NCBI GenBank assembly: GCA_031552145.1
Contig: JAVBMV010000005.1
Coordinates: 352,947 to 416,946 of the forward strand
DNA length: 64,000 nucleotides
Source: Myxococcales bacterium
GTDB lineage: Bacteria > Myxococcota > Myxococcia > Myxococcales > UBA5297
Reading direction: 5' to 3'
Below, piece after piece: positions 1 to 9,078 of this stretch; position 1 is the first letter of the stretch; each line of letters starts with the position of its first letter. The notes beneath the pieces were generated by a model. The model was not told the origin of the DNA, did no database searches, and worked only from the letters and a program-made list of their open reading frames with translations. A program made the position numbers and the translations under genes.

Positions 1-86
1 GCGCGGCGCATGTCCGCTACGCTCTGCTCGAGCCGCGCCTCTGCCTGGAGATAGAGCCGCTCCTCTTCATTCCTGCGATTCATCAT
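1..86 (-). CDS. N-terminal fragment of an ORF that leaves the window at the left edge; candidate anti-sigma or partner protein of the upstream ECF sigma
   Basis: Minus-strand ATG ATG at 86-81 opens a frame (MMNRRNEEERLYLQAEARLEQSVADMRRA...) with no stop down to position 1 and mostly G/C third positions. It overlaps the last ~20 nt of the sigma gene. It is not in the ORF track because it is truncated. The function is positional inference only; no zf-HC2 motif is visible in the 28 residues seen. Confidence 0.25.
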   Translation of the reverse strand, partial: MMNRRNEEERLYLQAEARLEQSVADMRR

Positions 87-663
87 TGCCTCGAGGCCTC
101 TGGGTGGAGGTGCTCTCGCGCTCTTTGAAGCGCTCGATGAGCGTCCGGCGCGCGTGAAAGTGGAGCTTATAGATCTGGCGAATGGAGCATCCGAGAGCGA
201 GGGCCGCCTCTCCGGGAGGGAAGCCTTTGAGCTCAATCAGTATGAAGGCGAGGCGCCGCCGCTCTGGGAGCTGCTCGAGGCACGCCTCGAGATGGGCGAG
301 CTCTTGCCGTTCGGAAGTCAGTCTCTCGGGCGTGAGGGTGTAGTCCTCGGCGGTACGCAATGAGACGAGGCGTGCCTTCCTGCGGAACCAGAAGCGGCGC
401 CTGGCGTTGAGCGCGAGGTGCGCCGCGAGCGTGCAGAGCCAGCCTCGGGGAGCGTCGCCGTTGAAGGTGTCATACTTCCTGAGGGCAAGGAGGAAGACCT
501 CCTGGGCAAGGTCGGCGGCCTCCGCGCGCAGAGGTGGCCCCAGGAGCGCGTAGAGCAGGGACTGGATGTAGGCGCCGTGCTCCCGATAGAGCTTCTCGAT
601 TGCGCGCTCTCGGTCGGAGTCGAGCGCCACGCTCTTTTGGTTGGCGATGACCATGCTCTCCAT
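67..663 (-). CDS. ECF-type RNA polymerase sigma-70 family factor (198 aa)
   Basis: Region 2-like DLAQEVFLLALRKYDTF and region 4 HTH LPERRRLAFILIELKGFPPGEAALALGCSIRQIYKLHFHARRTL. Size and layout are typical of ECF sigmas. Confidence 0.9.
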   Translation of the reverse strand: MESMVIANQKSVALDSDRERAIEKLYREHGAYIQSLLYALLGPPLRAEAADLAQEVFLLALRKYDTFNGDAPRGWLCTLAAHLALNARRRFWFRRKARLVSLRTAEDYTLTPERLTSERQELAHLEACLEQLPERRRLAFILIELKGFPPGEAALALGCSIRQIYKLHFHARRTLIERFKERESTSTQRPRGNDESQE

Positions 664-676
664 GGAGGACCCTGGG

Positions 677-702
677 CCTCCCGATCGCCGAGGATCGGGA
701 GG
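677..702 (-). promoter_or_regulatory. Perfect 10-bp stem / 6-nt loop hairpin in the leader of the ECF sigma gene
   Basis: CCTCCCGATC (677-686) and GATCGGGAGG (693-702) are exact reverse complements. On the minus strand the 3' arm carries GGGAGG, the only SD-like sequence, 13 nt upstream of the ATG at 663. Confidence 0.35.
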
Positions 703-790
703 CTGACCTCTCTATAGGTCGCGACCCAGGGTTTCTTTCCATGCCGGGCGCTTCTTTTTTGACGCATGCCCGGGGCGTCGCCGAGCGCGG

Positions 791-3700
791 CTACTGGACC
801 AGCAGTTGGAACTCTCCCGCCGACGCGCCAAACATCGAGTCGACGACGATGTAGAAGACGTCGGTGGCGGCGGTGGGGGTGATGTTGTTCGTAGCGAGCA
901 CCTGGCCCGATGTCTCGTTGGAGCTCGTTTTGGAGGTCGCCAGCGAGGTTGTCGGGCAGGTGTTCTTGAAGACGAAGATAGAGGGGGCGAAGGCCGTCAG
1001 CGTCGTCACGGTCACCTTAAAGGGGGAGGTTGTCCCCGGCGCGAATGAGAAGACCAGATCTCGGCCGGGGCCGATGTTGCTCGATGGATAGACCGTGTAG
1101 TCGTTCATGGCCGCGCGGGTGTCGCCGTAGAGCGGCACGTCCTTCTGTAGCGCGGTAGGCGCGGCGCAGGTGTCGTTTGCAGGGAGCGAGCCGGGCGTGA
1201 CCTGCGCGAGCTCCAGGTCGAAGAGGGTCTCTCCGGTAGGCGCCGAGGCCGAGTCGATGAAGAGGTAGTATGTGCCGGCGGCGAGCGCCGGAGTGCTGAG
1301 GAACTGCGACGCGCCATTCGCGGTGACGCAGAGCACCTCATTCGCCGCGCCCGAGGTGGCGCAGCTCTTCCGCACATAGATGGTCGGAGAGAAGTTGCCC
1401 TTTACGCCAGTCGCGGGGGCGGTGACCCTGAACTGCAGGCTCTTGGCCTCGTCGACCGCTACCTGGAAGGCGCGCTCTGTCCCGTTCATGGTGCCGCAAG
1501 AGCCGGTGTATGAGGCGAGCGCCAAGCGACGGCTCTGCGCCGTGAAGCTGGCGCGCCCGTTCTCGTCCCAGATCACGGGGGTTCCCGGGCAGGAGTCGGC
1601 CTGGAAGAGGGAGAGTTCCAGATCGAATGTCCCAAGCGTTCCTCTTATGGAACTCTGTCCCGCTTCGACGATGAGCAGGTAGGTGGTGCTCGCCTCCAGC
1701 TTCGTCTTGTAATCGAAGAGATCGATCTTTGAGATCTCCCCCTCTCCGACGGGAGAGGCAGCGGTGATCTCTGTTGTGACGGGACAGACCGCCTTGGCGA
1801 GTCGAACGATCGGGAAGAGATCGCGGCTCGGGAGCACCTTCACAGAGAAGTAGGCGGCAGAGTCGGTGGTAAAGGAGTAATAGAGTTCGCCGCCGGCGGT
1901 CGCCGCATAGTTGGAGCGCGCCCACGAGAGATCCTGGCCCGTGCGCGAGAAGGCTGCTGTGCCGCCGACCGCTGTGCCCAGGGAGTCGGGCGTGGCGCAT
2001 TCGTTGTTCTCTGGAGCGGGCCTGTCTGACTCGACCTTTACGTCGAGCGCGAAGGTGCCGACGGTCGCGCTCTTCGTGTGGATCCACACATAGTAGTTGC
2101 CCGCCGCGAGATCGATTGCCCGCGCGATGGAGGAGCCGAAGAAGATGATGCCGTTGCAGGCCAGGTCGGTAGCGTCGGTGGTGCATCCGCTCTCGCTCCG
2201 CAGCGACACGGTGGCGGAGATAGTGTTCGCGCCCACCGCCGGGGTCAGCGTCAGCGAGACGGCGGACTTGGCAGCGAGGTTGAGCCGGTAGGCGACGTCG
2301 AAACCTGCGTTTGCGCCGCTGCAGGTGCTGACGCCCGCATCCAACGCGCCCTCGGTGGTGCCGAAGACTCTGCCGACCATGGCGCCATTGGCCGAGTAGG
2401 TTTCGATCGGCCTGAGCGCCGAAGCGCCGGAGCAACTACTGCTACTGGATGTGAGCCTGCGCACGCGCAGAGAGAAGCGCCCCGCCTCCGCTGCCGCCCC
2501 CACTGCGACGATGTAGGTTGTACCGGCTTCGAGGAGGGGCGAAGAGGCGAGCGCCACTCCGTTGGTCGAGGTGGAGCAGAGCAGCGAGCTCCCCGCGCAG
2601 CTTGAGGGGAGCAGCGCAAAGGCGGGGGAGAAGGTGGGATTGGTGGCGCTGCGTTCCACGGCGATGGAGACCATTCCCTCCTCGGCCAGCTGGAAGAAGT
2701 AGTAGGACTTGGGGCCCGCGATCGCCCCGCAACCATCTGCCGAGGTCGCTGTGCTGCCGGTGGTGTCCCCGACGACGAGCGCTTCACCATACTGGTCGAA
2801 CTCGAGGGCGCTCGGTGTGGCACAGTCGAGATTCCCCTGTGGCGGCAGCGGCGGCGAGAGCTTTGCCTCTAGGAGATAGCCGCGGGGTGCGGGAGAGGTG
2901 CTGGCCGCCCCTACCCATAGAAAGTATTTTCCTGGCGGGAGCGCTTTTACGCCGAGTTGGGTCGTCTTGCCCGTGGCGCTCGAGGGGCAGGCTACCTCGT
3001 CGCCCGGATTGCTCGAGCCGCAGAGGCGCTGCAGCATGAGCGTCGGCTTCACGTTGAGGGCGGAGAGAGTATGTGAGACCTCCAGGTCGCGGATCCCCAG
3101 CGTGCGCGTGTCGATGCTATAGACGACGTCGGGCCTTATCGCCCCGCAGCTCGGTGTATAGGGGAGGTCCGCGACTGTGTCGGTGAGGGTGCCGGCGAGA
3201 GTCGCCCGACCCTCGTCGTCGAAGAGGATGGGCTGCGCGTCGGAGCACTTGTCGGGCTTGTCGACGGGGCTTCCCAGGGAGAGCTCGAGCGCGAAGGCGT
3301 CGCCTGTGCCATCGAGGCCGTCGACGAAGAGACTGTAGTCGCCCGGCTCGACGCGGTTGACGCTGAGCGCCGCCGTGCCATTGACGCCGGCGGCGCAGCC
3401 CAGCTCGTCGAGTGGCTCGAAGCTCTCGCAGTCCTCGGCGCGGCGCAGATAGAGCGCTGGAATGAAGTTTGGTGCCGCGCTGTCGCGCACGGCCTTCGCC
3501 GTCAGCCGTTTCCCGGCGTGCTGTGCGTCGATCGTGAAGCTGTAGACCCGCTCGCCGCCCGTCATGGCGCCGCAGCTACCGCCATCGTGGTCGGGAGCGC
3601 CATAGAGCGTCCCCGAGGCCGCCGCGCGCAGCGTGCCCGAGTCGAGCGTCAGAGGAATGGCGGTCGCGCAGGAACCCGCTTCGGCGTCGACGGGTACCGA

Positions 3701-6700
3701 GAGCTCCACGTTGAGGGCGAAGTCCCCCTCGAGATAGGGGCCCGCGTCGACCCAGAGCCAGTAGGTACCCGGCGCCAGGCTGCGCAAGCGAAGCCTCGCG
3801 GGGCCGCCATTGGCGGCCTGCGCGGTGGCCAGCTCGTCCGAGAGCGCGACACTGTCGCAGCTGCTTCTCAGGTAGAGAAGGGCGATGTCACTCATGCTCG
3901 TGAAGGCGAGCTCGGCGGTGACATCCCAGGTACCGGCGAGCTCGAGGCGATAGACCAGGTCCTTCCCAGCGCCCTTCTCGAGTTGGCTCGACTGCCCGTG
4001 ATCGCGCGATGCGGTGGTGCTGGAGTCGAACCGGAAGTCGGCGCCGTCGCCCGAGAGGCCCTGATCGGTGATCGCCTGCGCGGCGGCGCAGGAGTCGGGA
4101 AGCGTCAGGGTGGGCGAGAGCGTCAGCTCCAGATCGGCCTCGCCGCCGCTCAGGTTCATGCCGTCGGCGAAGAGGTAGTAGGTGGCCCCCTGCACGACGG
4201 TGGCAGTCGCGGTCGCTATGCCTCCCGCGCCGATCCCGCATCCCAGCTCGTCCGCGGCGGCGGTGGAGGCACAGTTTCCGTTCCTGATGTAGAGGGCAGG
4301 GTTGTAGGTGGGGCTGGTGGCGCGCCGGGCGAGCCGGGCGGTGAGGCGCCCCGCCTCGGCGAAGGAGAGTTTGTAGACGGTCTCTCCGCCATTCATGAGC
4401 GCCGAGAGATTCTCGCATCGCCCCGCGTAGTCATCGTGAGCCTGGGCGGTCGTGAGGCCTGACACGCTCTTGGAGCGCTCTCCCGCCGAGAAGCTGATGG
4501 GGAGCGCGCCGACGCAGAGGTCGTTCGCGGGGCGCGTGACGGGGGTGGTCGCCTCGAGCAACGCTGTGAGGGAGAAGCTTCCTTCGCTCTGGCGCGAGGC
4601 GGAGTCGACGAAGAGGAGGTAGGTGCCGGCGCCTGGATCGGTGAGGGTCAGCGTGGTGGTGGGGCTAGCGGTACCCTTGACGCACCGCCGCTCCGAGTAG
4701 GGAAGGTCGCAGGCGCGCCGCACATAGAGGACGGGGAGCAGCGTCTGCGTGCCGCTCGTGTCGGGCGTGGCGGTGAAGGTGACCTTGTATCCGTCATCGA
4801 TGGAGAAGGAATAGATGAGTTCGGCGCCAGAGCGGCTGCCGCAGGAGCCGTCCGTCTCGGGAAGGCCCAGCCTCGTGTCGCCCTGAATTGCCTCGCCGGT
4901 GAGCGACAGCTCCCTCGGAGTGCCGAAGGGCGCGCAGGCGGCGTTCGTCGCCGGCGTGCCGGGCTCGCTGAGCGCGAGGTTCATCCTGAAGGGGCCGTCC
5001 TTGCCGGACGCGGAAGAGCCGTCGACGATCAGGCCGTAGGTGCCCGGGGAGAGCCAGCGGATAGTCTGCACCGAAGGAATGGCAGTGCTCTTGCTGTCGC
5101 AGCTCACCTCCGTCCGCACGTCGCCGCACGTCCTCCGGAGCGATACCACCGGCGCAAAGGGCGACGAGGCGAGGGGCTCCACAGAGATCGATAGGTCACT
5201 CTGTCCTCCTTCGGGGATCGTCACGGAAAAGTAGAGTTCCTTGCCGGTACCGGTGTTGCAGCCGCTCTCAGTCAGCTTCACTCCGAAGGAGGTATCCGAG
5301 ATGACCTGGGCCGTCCCATCCTGCTCGAAGTTGATGGGGCGCGCGGCGCTGCAGCTGAGGTTGTTGGGCTTGTCGAGCACGCTGACGTCGAGGGTGAAGC
5401 TCCCCTCGGAGTAATGCGTTCCTCCGACCAGCAAATAATAGCGGCCGGGTTTCGTAATCTCATGGCTAAAAGAGATCTTCCCGCCGACGAGGAAGGCATA
5501 GGCGCGCTCATCCTCCGTTTGCTCCCCGACACAGCGGGAGCGCAGCAACAGCGCCGGCACATAGTGCCCAACTTCGGTTGGCTCGACCGATGCCGTGACC
5601 AGCGCCGGAGTCTCGAGAAGGAAGGTGTAGACGATGTCGGGGCCATTGATCGCCGCGATCTGACTCGGGAGGCGATCCTGAGAGGCATCGTAGGTGCTCC
5701 CCGTAATCGTGACCGACCGCTTGGAGGCCGTCAGGCCCAGGTCGATCGCGTCGGCGCACGTATCATTGGAGGCCGCGCTCGCCGCCTCGGCGAGCGCGAA
5801 GTCGAGCCAGAAGGCGCCGCTCCAGAATACCTGCGCGTCCCCATGGGTGGGGTCGTTCGTAGTCTTGTTGCTGCTATCGATCCAGAGCCAGTAATCGCCC
5901 GGTGTCAGCGCGGGCATCCTCGCGTCGAGGGGAGTGGAGGCCTCGACAAAATCGCATCCGACCTCGCGTGTCCGCTCACCGCAGGCCGCGCGGATCGAGA
6001 CGCTAGGCTGAACGAAAGAGCCGTCGGCCGGGGTGACCCTCACCTGCGCGCGCTTTGGCCCTCCCGGCGGCACGGTGAAGTGAAAGACGATATCGCCGCC
6101 GGTGTTGTCCTTCTTGCAGCTGCTGGAGGTGCTGAAGGGGGCGTGCTTCAGATCGGTGAGGAGGCGCTTGGCGCGCAGGGTCACTGGGTCGAGCACCAGC
6201 TCCTTGGCCTTCTCGCAGGAGAAGTTCTCGATCACCTCGGTGAGGCGCACCTCCAGCTCGAAGGTGGCATGCCCGCCGTTGGTCGCTTTGACCACCAAGT
6301 AGTGCCTCCCCGGGCCGAGCTTCGGCGCGACGAAGGCGCCGCTCTCGCGCGGCGCGCCGTCGGGAATCGACTCACGCGCGCACTCGGTGGAGCTCGGTAG
6401 GGGGCAGCCGGTGGCATGGAAGAGCACCAGCTCCCCCTCCGGTGAGAGGGCGGTCGATTGGGCTCGGGCCCAGAGCCCCACCTCGTGTCCGTCATCGACG
6501 TCGAAGGAGTAGAAGACGTCGGCGCCGTTGTAGACCCGCATGGAGTCCTCGGGCGGCGAGCAGACGAGCGCCCCGTCATCCGAGGCGCCCCGCGTGGTGC
6601 CTGCCTGGAAGGCTCGGTTGGAGGAGTCGAACTCCAGGGGGATCGCGCCGCCGCAGCGGTCATTTTCGGGAGTCTCGGCGGGTTCCTCCAGCATGAGCTC

Positions 6701-7918
6701 GATGCGCATCGGACCGGCGCCCTCCGCCGTGGCGCTGTCGACCCACAAAATATAATCGACGCCCGCCTCCAGTCTGTCGAAGGTGAGCGAGAGGGCGCCG
6801 CCCAGGTGGCGCACGGGATCGTAGGAGAGGCAGGCGAGGTTGGGCGCCTCGACACCGCAGCTCGTCGTCAGCGACAAGGTGGGCACGACCTGGGGCGCGA
6901 GCGGCGTGGCGGTGAAGGTCACCTGCGCAGCGTGAGGCAGAGTGAAGGTGTAGGGAATGTCGCCCCCGCCCGTGAGGCTCTTGCCGAGACATGGGGGGGC
7001 GTGGAGATCCAGTGCGAGCGAGGTGTCCACGGTAAAGAGGGAGCGCCCGTTCGTCGTGAAGTTGAGCTGCTCCGCGGCGCCACAGCTCCGCTCCATCAGC
7101 TCCACGGTGTCGACGCACTGGTGGTCGAGGTCGCAGCTCTTTCCCGACGGGCAGTCGCCGCAGTCCGCCTCGAAGAACTCTCCGCAGGGGTCGGTCGCCA
7201 TCACGGCGCCGCACTCCTTATCGGCGGCCTCGCAGAGCTCTTCGTCGGAGAGGGCGTCGCAGGTAGTGCAGCGCGAGTCGACGCAGATGTTGTATTTGGG
7301 GCAGCTGCCGCAGCTCGTTACATTGTGCGCGATGCCGCACTCATCCTTGCCCGAGAGCGGTCCGCAGACGGCCTCTTCAGCCTGGCAGAACTCCTCGTCG
7401 CTGATGGGGTCGCACTGTGTGCATCGGTTGGTCGTGCTGGAGCAGCGCTGGCCGGCATCGCACGTCCGGCAGGTGATCTGCTTCTGTGCACCGCAGCCGT
7501 CGTCGACGGTGAGCGTGCCGCAGTAGTCCTCCGCGACGCAGAGCTCCTCCTCCGTCTTCGGGACGCAGGTACACTTTCCGTCGCTGCCGCAGTCTCCCTG
7601 GGTGCAGGTGCCGCAACTCCCACCGCAGCCATCGTCGCCGCACTGACGCCCGGCGCAGGCGGGGAGGCAGCAGGTCCCGTCGGAGAGGCAGCGCTCGGCC
7701 TCGTCACAGCAGGCGCTCTGGCAGAGGTGGCGTGGCGCGCTGCAGCCACCGTCGCCGCCCACATCGCCGATGTCTCCAGCATCGCCCACGTCGGGCCTGG
7801 AGCCATCCGCGTCGCGCGCCGCGTCGGGCTCCTGCGTGCCGTCGTCAGAGGGGCCACAACCACCCAAAGAGAACGCTGCGAGGAGAACGACGACTGTGAA
7901 GAGGGTGCTGAGTCTCAT
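791..7918 (-). CDS. Giant secreted lipoprotein (2375 aa): Cys-rich N-terminal module plus ~15 tandem PPC-like beta-sandwich repeats; function unknown
   Basis: Uninterrupted ORF with G/C-rich third positions. Lipoprotein signal MRLSTLFTVVVLLAAFSLGG|C. Three ~48-aa EELCxxxxxCG...C..C units, then a repeated ~135-aa unit (NDxC..A..L ... G.DvvYsF ... P.lylR..C ... pG.YyLwVD ... G.F.L.v) resembling the bacterial pre-peptidase C-terminal (PPC) domain. No catalytic domain recognised. Confidence 0.85.
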   Translation of the reverse strand: MRLSTLFTVVVLLAAFSLGGCGPSDDGTQEPDAARDADGSRPDVGDAGDIGDVGGDGGCSAPRHLCQSACCDEAERCLSDGTCCLPACAGRQCGDDGCGGSCGTCTQGDCGSDGKCTCVPKTEEELCVAEDYCGTLTVDDGCGAQKQITCRTCDAGQRCSSTTNRCTQCDPISDEEFCQAEEAVCGPLSGKDECGIAHNVTSCGSCPKYNICVDSRCTTCDALSDEELCEAADKECGAVMATDPCGEFFEADCGDCPSGKSCDLDHQCVDTVELMERSCGAAEQLNFTTNGRSLFTVDTSLALDLHAPPCLGKSLTGGGDIPYTFTLPHAAQVTFTATPLAPQVVPTLSLTTSCGVEAPNLACLSYDPVRHLGGALSLTFDRLEAGVDYILWVDSATAEGAGPMRIELMLEEPAETPENDRCGGAIPLEFDSSNRAFQAGTTRGASDDGALVCSPPEDSMRVYNGADVFYSFDVDDGHEVGLWARAQSTALSPEGELVLFHATGCPLPSSTECARESIPDGAPRESGAFVAPKLGPGRHYLVVKATNGGHATFELEVRLTEVIENFSCEKAKELVLDPVTLRAKRLLTDLKHAPFSTSSSCKKDNTGGDIVFHFTVPPGGPKRAQVRVTPADGSFVQPSVSIRAACGERTREVGCDFVEASTPLDARMPALTPGDYWLWIDSSNKTTNDPTHGDAQVFWSGAFWLDFALAEAASAASNDTCADAIDLGLTASKRSVTITGSTYDASQDRLPSQIAAINGPDIVYTFLLETPALVTASVEPTEVGHYVPALLLRSRCVGEQTEDERAYAFLVGGKISFSHEITKPGRYYLLVGGTHYSEGSFTLDVSVLDKPNNLSCSAARPINFEQDGTAQVISDTSFGVKLTESGCNTGTGKELYFSVTIPEGGQSDLSISVEPLASSPFAPVVSLRRTCGDVRTEVSCDSKSTAIPSVQTIRWLSPGTYGLIVDGSSASGKDGPFRMNLALSEPGTPATNAACAPFGTPRELSLTGEAIQGDTRLGLPETDGSCGSRSGAELIYSFSIDDGYKVTFTATPDTSGTQTLLPVLYVRRACDLPYSERRCVKGTASPTTTLTLTDPGAGTYLLFVDSASRQSEGSFSLTALLEATTPVTRPANDLCVGALPISFSAGERSKSVSGLTTAQAHDDYAGRCENLSALMNGGETVYKLSFAEAGRLTARLARRATSPTYNPALYIRNGNCASTAAADELGCGIGAGGIATATATVVQGATYYLFADGMNLSGGEADLELTLSPTLTLPDSCAAAQAITDQGLSGDGADFRFDSSTTASRDHGQSSQLEKGAGKDLVYRLELAGTWDVTAELAFTSMSDIALLYLRSSCDSVALSDELATAQAANGGPARLRLRSLAPGTYWLWVDAGPYLEGDFALNVELSVPVDAEAGSCATAIPLTLDSGTLRAAASGTLYGAPDHDGGSCGAMTGGERVYSFTIDAQHAGKRLTAKAVRDSAAPNFIPALYLRRAEDCESFEPLDELGCAAGVNGTAALSVNRVEPGDYSLFVDGLDGTGDAFALELSLGSPVDKPDKCSDAQPILFDDEGRATLAGTLTDTVADLPYTPSCGAIRPDVVYSIDTRTLGIRDLEVSHTLSALNVKPTLMLQRLCGSSNPGDEVACPSSATGKTTQLGVKALPPGKYFLWVGAASTSPAPRGYLLEAKLSPPLPPQGNLDCATPSALEFDQYGEALVVGDTTGSTATSADGCGAIAGPKSYYFFQLAEEGMVSIAVERSATNPTFSPAFALLPSSCAGSSLLCSTSTNGVALASSPLLEAGTTYIVAVGAAAEAGRFSLRVRRLTSSSSSCSGASALRPIETYSANGAMVGRVFGTTEGALDAGVSTCSGANAGFDVAYRLNLAAKSAVSLTLTPAVGANTISATVSLRSESGCTTDATDLACNGIIFFGSSIARAIDLAAGNYYVWIHTKSATVGTFALDVKVESDRPAPENNECATPDSLGTAVGGTAAFSRTGQDLSWARSNYAATAGGELYYSFTTDSAAYFSVKVLPSRDLFPIVRLAKAVCPVTTEITAASPVGEGEISKIDLFDYKTKLEASTTYLLIVEAGQSSIRGTLGTFDLELSLFQADSCPGTPVIWDENGRASFTAQSRRLALASYTGSCGTMNGTERAFQVAVDEAKSLQFRVTAPATGVKGNFSPTIYVRKSCATSGAANEVLCVTANGASQFLSTPALAAGTYYLFIDSASAPTGETLFDLELAQVTPGSLPANDTCAAPTALQKDVPLYGDTRAAMNDYTVYPSSNIGPGRDLVFSFAPGTTSPFKVTVTTLTAFAPSIFVFKNTCPTTSLATSKTSSNETSGQVLATNNITPTAATDVFYIVVDSMFGASAGEFQLLVQ
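794..7096 (-). repeat. ~15 tandem intragenic PPC-like repeats (~400 nt each)
   Basis: Counted from 15 recurring repeat starts (e.g. ENDRCGGAIPLEF, SNDTCADAIDLGL, PANDLCVGALPISF, PENNECATPDSLG, LPANDTCAAPTALQ), each followed by the pG.YyLwVD ... F.L.v motif. Confidence 0.75.
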
Positions 7919-7997
7919 GATGCGCTCCTTGATGTGGGCGTACGCCTGCTCGCCTTCCGGCGAGGTAGACTAGGGACTATTGCTCGGGTCGTGTCAA

Positions 7998-8012
7998 TGG
8001 TTTGCGGTTTGC
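7998..8012 (+). promoter_or_regulatory. Weak sigma-54 (-24/-12) promoter candidate upstream of the 8079 gene and hpf
   Basis: TGGTTTGCGGTTTGC has correct GG-N10-GC spacing and a TTGC -12 box. The -24 box is TGGTTT rather than TGGCAC. It lies 67 nt upstream of the ATG at 8079. Confidence 0.25.
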
Positions 8013-8078
8013 CGCGCGCCAGGTGGCGAAATGCGCGCGCTTGGCCTAGAGAGAGGCCTTGTTTTCCGGAGGTGTCCA

Positions 8079-8618
8079 ATGGCCTCGACGCTCACATTTT
8101 TTATGGCGCTCGATGACGAGCTCTCCTTTTTGCGCTTCCTGGAGCCGCGGCGTCTGCTCGTCTATCCAGAAGTAGTGGAGCCCTCCTACGAGCCTTTCGA
8201 GGCGAGCGCCGCCAACGCTGGGAGGCTTCCCGAGGAATCCTGCTATTTCGCGCTCGGCGCTTGTGGCGAGGTGAGCCTCTCGAAGGTGCAGCGGGGAAAA
8301 AACGCAGGGATGCTCGTTCTGGACGAAGTGCTCTCTCCCGTCCTGCACTATTCGCGCAGCCTCATGATCGAGGGCGAGCTGCGCTCGGGGCGCATCTGGA
8401 CCGAGCTCGAGGTAGCGGGGGACAGGCAGCATCGCGCCGCCAAGCCCGACGCGCTCAGGCACCTCTTCGACGAGTGCCGCACCTTCTTCAAGAAGCGCTT
8501 CCACACCTCGCGCCCGACCGGCTTCTTCGTCGGCCCCTCCGCCGCTCGGCGAGCCAATGACGGGCTGCTGCTGCGCGAGGCGGGGCGAAAGGGCGGCCTC
8601 GTCCAGACCTACCGTTAG
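8079..8618 (+). CDS. Hypothetical protein (179 aa), no domain recognised
   Basis: ATG at 8079 preceded by GGAGGTG (8068-8074). The track ORF starts earlier (7980) at a non-ATG codon. The stop is 3 nt before the hpf ATG. Confidence 0.6.
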   Translation: MASTLTFFMALDDELSFLRFLEPRRLLVYPEVVEPSYEPFEASAANAGRLPEESCYFALGACGEVSLSKVQRGKNAGMLVLDEVLSPVLHYSRSLMIEGELRSGRIWTELEVAGDRQHRAAKPDALRHLFDECRTFFKKRFHTSRPTGFFVGPSAARRANDGLLLREAGRKGGLVQTYR

Positions 8619-8621
8619 TGC

Positions 8622-9047
8622 ATGAAGCTCCTCATTCAGGGAAAGCAGATGAGGGTCACCGATGGCCTGAAGGACTATGTGGCCGAGCGGTTGGTCGCCC
8701 CACTCAAGCGCTTCTACGATGACGAGGCCTCGGAGCTGAGGGTGGAGTTCGGCAATAACTACGGCCCGAAGGGTGGCGACGACAAGGAGTGCCATCTCAC
8801 CATGAGGATGGCGGGGCTCGCCACGATCCAGATCGAAGAGGCGACTCCCGACCCCTACGCCTCGCTCGACGCCGCGAGCGAGCGCCTGATGCGTGCCTGC
8901 AGGCGAGAGTTGGAGCGGGTGCGCCTCGCGCGCCATCGCCCGAGATCAGCCGCCGCGCCCGCCGAGGAGGAGGCGTTGGGGCTGGAGCCGGGCGACTACC
9001 GCTCCATCGCCGAGGCGGAGGAGAGCGGGGAGAGCGAAGAGGCGTGA
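8622..9047 (+). CDS. hpf: Ribosome hibernation promoting factor / sigma-54 modulation protein family (HPF/RaiA/YfiA), 141 aa
   Basis: N-terminus MKLLIQGKQMRVTDGLKDYVAERL matches the conserved HPF/YfiA start. Acidic C-terminal tail. Confidence 0.8.
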   Translation: MKLLIQGKQMRVTDGLKDYVAERLVAPLKRFYDDEASELRVEFGNNYGPKGGDDKECHLTMRMAGLATIQIEEATPDPYASLDAASERLMRACRRELERVRLARHRPRSAAAPAEEEALGLEPGDYRSIAEAEESGESEEA

Positions 9048-9078
9048 GGTAGTGGGGCTCTCGGAGGCCTCATGCGCC

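Noticed and set aside
20-70. ATGA-coupled minus-strand ORF starting at 70-68, overlapping the sigma stop
   Set aside because: It terminates after 17 codons (MKRSGSISRQRRGSSRA*). The alternative frame starting at 86 stays open and is the better candidate.
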